This document shows, one piece after another, positions 58,516 to 64,000 of a stretch of 64,000 nt of DNA. Within the stretch, counting starts at the first letter, position 1, and each line of letters starts with the position of its first letter. The stretch comes from Candidatus Bathyarchaeota archaeon. GTDB lineage: Archaea > Thermoproteota > Bathyarchaeia > Bathyarchaeales > Bathycorpusculaceae. Location: assembly GCA_963832745.1 (NCBI GenBank), contig CAWHVC010000002.1, positions 160,001-224,000 on the forward strand. Direction: 5' to 3'. The notes below the pieces were generated by a model, which was given only the letters and a program-made list of their open reading frames with translations, was not told where the DNA came from and made no database searches. The translations under genes and the position numbers were made by a program.

Positions 58516-58671
58516 TTAAAAGTCATAACGTGAAAGGTCAAGTTGTGAACCACATTCAGGGGTCACAAAATAAAACACGTAACCACACTTGCCACATCGG
58601 CGTTCCTGATTTTTTATTCTTTCAATCGCATTGGAACCGCATTTTGGGCATTTCACTTCAACGTTTGACAT
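58516..58671 (-). CDS. 51-aa zinc-ribbon protein (not in ORF track)
   Basis: MSNVEVKCPKCGSNAIERIKNQERRCGKCGYVFYFVTPECGSQLDLSRYDF; ggag RBS. Confidence 0.78.
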   Translation of the reverse strand: MSNVEVKCPKCGSNAIERIKNQERRCGKCGYVFYFVTPECGSQLDLSRYDF

Positions 58672-58731
58672 TTTGCTCCACTTTCTCAATAATAACTAAC
58701 GGTTTCAATATTAAAGAGCGTTACCATTACC

Positions 58732-58755
58732 TGTTATTTCACGCTATCAATCACA
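58732..58755 (+). promoter_or_regulatory. Palindromic regulon site upstream of alcohol dehydrogenase
   Basis: TGTTATTT-cacgctat-CAATCACA-taat-gttaaatt. Confidence 0.65.
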
Positions 58756-58818
58756 TAATGTTAAATTGATGACGCGGTTGATTTTTAAAGAAATAACCAA
58801 TAAACTCGCGGTGAACAA

Positions 58819-59823
58819 ATGAAAGCCCAAGTATGCACCAGAATTGACAAAATCGAAAACCATCCTCTAGTTTACATGAATGTTGCTGACCCAAAACCTG
58901 CATCACATCAGCTTCTGATTAAAGTCAAAGCATGCGGAGTATGCTACAGCAACCTACACATGATAGAAGGCGAACTGCAAAAGTTCGGCGTACCTAGCCG
59001 TTTACCAATTATTCCCGGACACGAAGTCACCGGTATAGTCGAGAAAGCTGGTAGTGCCACTTTTGGTTTTCATAAAGGTGACCATGTAGGCGTCCAAGTT
59101 CTTTGGAGAGCTGATGGAACCTGCGAATTCTGCCTAAACGGAAAAGAAAACCTGTGCACTAACAAGCAAACAACAGGAGAAACCGTGGACGGCGGATATG
59201 CAGAATACATGACCATACCAAGCACGTTTGCTTACCATTTGCCTGACTGCCTAGGTTTTGAAGAGAGCGCTTCCCTGTTTTGCCCCGGTGTTACAGGTTA
59301 TCATGCGGTAAAACGGGCTGGTCTCCAGTTAGGTCAAAAAGCTGCAATTATCGGAATCGGAGGCGTTGGACACATGACTTTGCAGTTTGCTAAGCTGGCT
59401 GGTGCCCACACTGTAGCCGTAGACACAACAGAAGATAAGCTAAAACTGGCAGAACATATTGGCGCCGATGAAGCGTTAACTGCCGACAAAGTTGACGCGT
59501 ATATTGGAAAATCTGGCAAGTTTGACGTAGTTTTTGTTCATGCACCATCCCAGAAAGCTGTTGACCAAGCAATGCGGATTGTTAAGAGGGGCGGCACAGT
59601 TCTTATGGGCGTGTTTGGTAATACTGCGATTAATTTTCCTGATGAAAACTCGGTTGTCGGCAGCGTTATTGGAACAAGACATGATATGATTGAAACCTTA
59701 AAGCTTGCTTCTGAGGGTAAAATAAAAGTTGATTGGACCGCTTACCCTCTCAGCGAAGCCGAAGACGTGCTAATTAAGTTAAAGCAGGGCAAGATTGTTG
59801 GACGGGCAATTTTAGTGCCTTAA
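58819..59823 (+). CDS. Zinc-dependent alcohol dehydrogenase (MDR family)
   Basis: CGVCYSNLH, PGHEVTG, DGTCEFCLNGKENLC, GIGGVG. Confidence 0.93.
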   Translation: MKAQVCTRIDKIENHPLVYMNVADPKPASHQLLIKVKACGVCYSNLHMIEGELQKFGVPSRLPIIPGHEVTGIVEKAGSATFGFHKGDHVGVQVLWRADGTCEFCLNGKENLCTNKQTTGETVDGGYAEYMTIPSTFAYHLPDCLGFEESASLFCPGVTGYHAVKRAGLQLGQKAAIIGIGGVGHMTLQFAKLAGAHTVAVDTTEDKLKLAEHIGADEALTADKVDAYIGKSGKFDVVFVHAPSQKAVDQAMRIVKRGGTVLMGVFGNTAINFPDENSVVGSVIGTRHDMIETLKLASEGKIKVDWTAYPLSEAEDVLIKLKQGKIVGRAILVP

Positions 59824-60012
59824 CCATTTTTCATTTTTAATTTTGTTTCTGCAGTTCGTTTTATTACTCAAAATGGTTTTGTCACGTTTTTTTCGTGTTT
59901 TCCGAAAGGTAAATAGCTTGAGTATAACCAGATATTTCATGAACGCAAACTTTCTCTCACTAAGGCGTTTCTACGCGCCGAAGTCTCAGATGGCAACTTC
60001 AAGGGGAAAAAA

Positions 60013-62811
60013 ATGGCAACAACATCTAAACAAAAAATTACAACCTTCCTGATCATTTCAATTCTTGTAGCTTCAAGTTTCGCTTTACTAATAACCATAC
60101 AAAACCCTGCAAACGCGGCAGCTTCCAGTGACCTGCTCCAGTATGAGTGGCCGCAGTTTAACGGTGACTCCTCATTTACACGGTTCGCAGACGGTCCCGC
60201 GCCAACAACATCCGAAGTCACTTGGGACGCTAACGTCACTAACTTAAGCAGTTATCTTGCAGCCTTTAATGGCATGGTTTTTGCCTGTACAAACAGTTCA
60301 GTGATAGCTTTAAACCGTGACACAGGCGCAACCATTTGGAGTACAGAAATTCCGATGAATGGCAGCTGGCCAGTAGCATACAAACTTGACGACACCCGCA
60401 TGTTAGTGGAGGGTACTTGTCTTGAAACTGCAACAGGCCACATTCTTTGGACGAGCGGCAACTTCACTGCAGACACCGGAAACTTCAACTCTAACGTGTA
60501 CGTTCCCGAAGAAAAAATGTTTTACATAAAAGTGGACGCGTTTGTTGAAGCATGGAACTTCTCTGACCTTTCAAAGCCACCCACCTTAGCTTGGACAACT
60601 TATGTTCCAGGCGGAGGTAGAGTTGGTTCAGGCATAACATATGGTGATGGCAAAGTTTTTCCCGGCTCATTCCAAGACCAGCAAATAGCTATTGACGCTA
60701 AAACAGGCAAAGTTCTGTGGACTACTTTCACAAAAACTGCGATGATTTTCTTTGGCTCCTACGCTGATGGTAAATTCGTCAGGGGCGGCAGCGACGACAA
60801 CACAATGTACTGTTTTGATGCAGACACTGGAAAGATCCTGTGGACTTACACTGCTGACACTTCAGGCTATTTCTGTTCTGGCACCGCAATCGGTTACGGC
60901 ATGGTTTATTCACCTAACAAGGATGGTTACATTTACGCTATCAACTTAGATAACGGCAAACTTGCATGGCGGTATAAAGGTCCAGGAACAATGCTGTTTC
61001 CAGGCATGCCAACAGTTGCTGATGGTAAAGTTTATGTTACTTCAGGACAAAACGCCCAGTACGGTGATGAGTCTGGGTCTTCACAGTTTGCTTGTTTAGA
61101 TGCTTTCACTGGAAAAGCTATTTGGACATTGCCGATTGAAGCTTATGCTCCAAGAGAATCCGTTGCAATCGCATACGGTTACCTGTACCTTATTCCAGGT
61201 GAAGTCACTAAAGCAGTTGATTCAACTTCAGGAAACGAATATGCCGTGCAAGGTCACGTAATGGCTATTGCTTCAAAAAGCTCCGCGCCTGAAACTGGTT
61301 CATGGAGCATGTTCCGTCATGACGCAGACCGTTCCTCAATTGGTGAAGGTGGACCAGCAAACTTAAGCTTAGTCTGGAAGTTTACCACAGGCGGAGCAGT
61401 AATGTCTTCACCCACCGTCGTTAACGGAGTTGTGTATTTTGGCTCTCAAGACCATAACGTTTACGCGGTTAACGCTTGGAGTGGTAACCTAATTTGGAAA
61501 TTCACAACCAATAACACGATTGAATCTTCAATGGCGGTTGTCGACAATAAAGTTGTAACCGGTGCAGAAGACGGTTACGTTTACTGTCTTGATGCTTATA
61601 GTGGTAAAATGCAGTGGAAGACGTTTGTTAACTCAGATTTGCCTGTGACTTACGGTTCAGCAGTTATGATTCGCTCTTCTCCTGCAGTAATTGATGACAC
61701 AGTATACATTGGCTCTTTAGACGGCAACATTTACGCACTTAACTTCACTGACGGCGCAGTTATTTGGAAATACCAGACAGGCGGTTGGATAAAATCTTCA
61801 CCAACAGTTTCTGACGGCGCAGTTTACGTTACTTCAGAAACACCTGACACCGGCACAATATACAAACTTAATGCAGTCGACGGCAGCTTAATTTGGAAAC
61901 AAAGCATCCCCTATGAAGTTCAATTCACCGGCGGCAACGACATGATAGGCACCCCCACAGTCGCTGACGGCAAAGTCTTCACTTCAGCAAACCTGCGAAC
62001 CTACTACTGCTTAAACGCTCAAAACGGAGCAGTAATCTGGAACTTTACAAACCCGGAAGCCAACGAATTCATCGTATCCTCCCCAATCTACCTTAACGGG
62101 CAAGTATTCATAGTTGACAAATTTGATATAACCAGCCTAAACGCAACCACAGGCCAAAAAATCTGGAACACATTCACAGGCGACGAATACTACGTTTCAC
62201 CATCGTATGCTGACGGAAAAATCTACTTAGTTACAAGCGAACGCAACATATTCATTTTTGACGCAGTAACAGGCGAAAAACTAGACCGATACATTCTGCC
62301 TTCTGCAAGCTGGTCCTCACCAACACCTTACGGCGGCATGCTATACATTGGAAGCAAAGACTGGAACCTTTACTGTCTTGGCGAATACAATACACAAACA
62401 ATGACTATCACGTTGCAAGCCGATAAGTCGCAACTAAAAACAGACGAGACAATTACTTTTTCAGGACAGCTTTCGCCAGTTAGACCAAGCGTTAATCTTG
62501 ACCTTGTTTTAACTAAACCTGACGGGTCAACACAAACAATTACAATCACCACCGAACCTGACGGGTCATACAGTTACGTTTACGCTCCAAATATTGATGG
62601 CACATACAGTGTCACTGCAACCTACCAGTCACAGCCGCCCGTTTCAAGTTCACCGTTAACTTTCACGTTGAATCAAGCAACTTCCGTTTCGCCTTCACCA
62701 ACAGCATCCGCCGTGGCCACGATACCTGACTACATTTACGCTATCGTGTTTGTGCTTGTGATTCTCCTCATTGTGGCAGTAGCGCTTCTCGTTTTAAGAA
62801 GACGTCACTAA
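60013..62811 (+). CDS. Membrane-anchored surface protein with two PQQ-like beta-propellers and an Ig-like domain
   Basis: Signal peptide, many (D/N)A.TG...W repeats, SSP motifs, C-terminal TM followed by RRRH. Confidence 0.9.
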   Translation: MATTSKQKITTFLIISILVASSFALLITIQNPANAAASSDLLQYEWPQFNGDSSFTRFADGPAPTTSEVTWDANVTNLSSYLAAFNGMVFACTNSSVIALNRDTGATIWSTEIPMNGSWPVAYKLDDTRMLVEGTCLETATGHILWTSGNFTADTGNFNSNVYVPEEKMFYIKVDAFVEAWNFSDLSKPPTLAWTTYVPGGGRVGSGITYGDGKVFPGSFQDQQIAIDAKTGKVLWTTFTKTAMIFFGSYADGKFVRGGSDDNTMYCFDADTGKILWTYTADTSGYFCSGTAIGYGMVYSPNKDGYIYAINLDNGKLAWRYKGPGTMLFPGMPTVADGKVYVTSGQNAQYGDESGSSQFACLDAFTGKAIWTLPIEAYAPRESVAIAYGYLYLIPGEVTKAVDSTSGNEYAVQGHVMAIASKSSAPETGSWSMFRHDADRSSIGEGGPANLSLVWKFTTGGAVMSSPTVVNGVVYFGSQDHNVYAVNAWSGNLIWKFTTNNTIESSMAVVDNKVVTGAEDGYVYCLDAYSGKMQWKTFVNSDLPVTYGSAVMIRSSPAVIDDTVYIGSLDGNIYALNFTDGAVIWKYQTGGWIKSSPTVSDGAVYVTSETPDTGTIYKLNAVDGSLIWKQSIPYEVQFTGGNDMIGTPTVADGKVFTSANLRTYYCLNAQNGAVIWNFTNPEANEFIVSSPIYLNGQVFIVDKFDITSLNATTGQKIWNTFTGDEYYVSPSYADGKIYLVTSERNIFIFDAVTGEKLDRYILPSASWSSPTPYGGMLYIGSKDWNLYCLGEYNTQTMTITLQADKSQLKTDETITFSGQLSPVRPSVNLDLVLTKPDGSTQTITITTEPDGSYSYVYAPNIDGTYSVTATYQSQPPVSSSPLTFTLNQATSVSPSPTASAVATIPDYIYAIVFVLVILLIVAVALLVLRRRH

Positions 62812-62832
62812 ACAACATATTTTTTCTTTTTT

Positions 62833-64000
62833 TTATTCCTCATTTATAGGAAAATCTAAGGTAAACGTGGTTCCTTTGCCCAGTTCACTTTCAAAACCTA
62901 TTTTGCCACCCATTTTTTCAACCAACCGTTTAACAACTGCCAAACCAAACCCTTGACCCTTCGATTTTGTGGTCATTAAAGGCTGAAAAATTTTAGGTTT
63001 AATCTCGTCAGGTATGCCAATTCCAGTGTCTTGAATGCTTATACAAACGCTGTCTTTCTTTTTAAAGACACGTATGGTTAATTTTCCTCCGTTAGGCATC
63101 GCTTGAATCGCATTAGTTGCCAGGTTAACTAGTACACGTTTGAGAAATGTTACGTCTAATCTTAACATTGGCAAGTCTTTGCTGCATAAAGCGTAAGCTT
63201 CAACGTCCTGAGGCAAAGGAACAGTTGAAAGAAGTCTTGGGATTGTTACGCATAAATCAACGTCTGAAAGTTCAGGTTGTAATGGGCGGGAATAATCCTG
63301 CAGATCAGAAATTATCTTGTTAATGTAATCAATCTGCTCTTGGATTGAACGGAGGCTTTCTTGGACGTTGTCTTTGCACGGGCTGTCTGGTGAAGTATCT
63401 ATTTCTTGTTTCATCAAAAATAAGTCCCCTGCAATAGCTTGCAGCGGATTACGGATATCATGTCCAATCATGCCTGCGGTTTGCCCAATAGCAGCTAAAC
63501 GTTCCGCAGCCTTAAGCTGTTTAGTTCTTTCTTCAACAAGCAACTCCAGATTCTTGGCGTAATCCGCCAGCTTCTTCTCATCTTGTTTACGTTCAGTGAT
63601 ATCTTGCTCAACGCCATCAACTATTGTTGGTTTATTGTCTGCATCAACTTCTTTTACCATTCTTTCTGAATGTATAGTGCGCACGGAGCCATCTTGACGG
63701 ATAATACGGTAATCAAAACTTGCCTTTGTATCCGCGGTTCCTTCAAACAGTAGTTCCCTTGACTTCCTGTTGATGTTTTCGCGGTCTTCAGGATGAATTT
63801 TTGAAATATAGTCGTTAACGCTGGGGCCAAACTGTTGCGGTTTTAAGCCAAAAATGTGAAAAAGCTCTTCAGACCAGATTGCTTTATCTTCTTTACCATT
63901 ATATTCCCAGTTCCCTAAATGTGCAATACGTTGAGCCCAGTTTAGCCTTTTTTCGCTTTCTCTTAAATCCTCTTGAATTTTTAATCGTTCGGTTACATCA
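62833..64000 (-). CDS. PAS-domain sensor histidine kinase (5' partial)
   Basis: GHDIRNPLQAI H-box, NLATNAIQAM, DTGIGI, KSKGQGFGL; PAS motifs (IHPEDRE, FDYRIIRQDGS) continue in frame to the window end. Confidence 0.93.
   Translation of the reverse strand, partial: DVTERLKIQEDLRESEKRLNWAQRIAHLGNWEYNGKEDKAIWSEELFHIFGLKPQQFGPSVNDYISKIHPEDRENINRKSRELLFEGTADTKASFDYRIIRQDGSVRTIHSERMVKEVDADNKPTIVDGVEQDITERKQDEKKLADYAKNLELLVEERTKQLKAAERLAAIGQTAGMIGHDIRNPLQAIAGDLFLMKQEIDTSPDSPCKDNVQESLRSIQEQIDYINKIISDLQDYSRPLQPELSDVDLCVTIPRLLSTVPLPQDVEAYALCSKDLPMLRLDVTFLKRVLVNLATNAIQAMPNGGKLTIRVFKKKDSVCISIQDTGIGIPDEIKPKIFQPLMTTKSKGQGFGLAVVKRLVEKMGGKIGFESELGKGTTFTLDFPINEE

Noticed and set aside
60013-62811. PQQ-dependent dehydrogenase
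   Set aside because: Only generic propeller repeats with a TM anchor; no catalytic motifs or pqq genes, so treated as a surface protein.
1-64000. CRISPR array, cas genes, transposases, integrases, rRNA
   Set aside because: No regularly spaced repeat-spacer units or recognisable motifs were seen; the repeats present are dispersed or intragenic.
42790-64000. attR copy of the tRNA-Lys 3' end
   Set aside because: No convincing duplicate of cccgtcgggcccgcca was found by eye; gatccgcca near 53113 belongs to the hairpin.

Overview
This is a gene-dense archaeal chromosomal segment. Gene content and order (Hsp20-rpl15-secY-[insert]-DUF106-cmk, archaeal SRP RNA, TrmB/PadR/HxlR wHTH regulators, PQQ-repeat surface protein) suggest Bathyarchaeia; that is an inference, not a database result. 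Core content: the end of the ribosomal/secY operon, a radical SAM + tandem GT2 cluster, large-subunit catalase, an nrdR-nrdD-nrdG operon, SRP RNA, a DUF3494 ice-binding surface protein, a trpE-G-D-C-B-A operon (trpE frameshifted, no trpF), tRNA-Lys(CTT), a small degraded island and many small stress and membrane genes. The strongest new signal is a 24-bp palindrome (TGTnRYTG-N8-CARYnACA) found 9-10 times, each 4 bp upstream of a TATA-like box. It precedes catalase, alcohol dehydrogenase and a cluster of general-stress-type genes, and so defines a candidate archaeal general-stress regulon. Other highlights: (i) a threonine-synthase-fold protein lacking the PLP lysine and fused to a wHTH, next to a palindrome-controlled ECF S-component/PurM-like pair; (ii) a DUF2400 plus T7-endonuclease-I-like fusion at the usual adk position; (iii) a dispersed ~55-bp non-coding repeat in four copies; (iv) several real-looking small ORFs missed by the ORF track. 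All family assignments come from motif recognition by eye.
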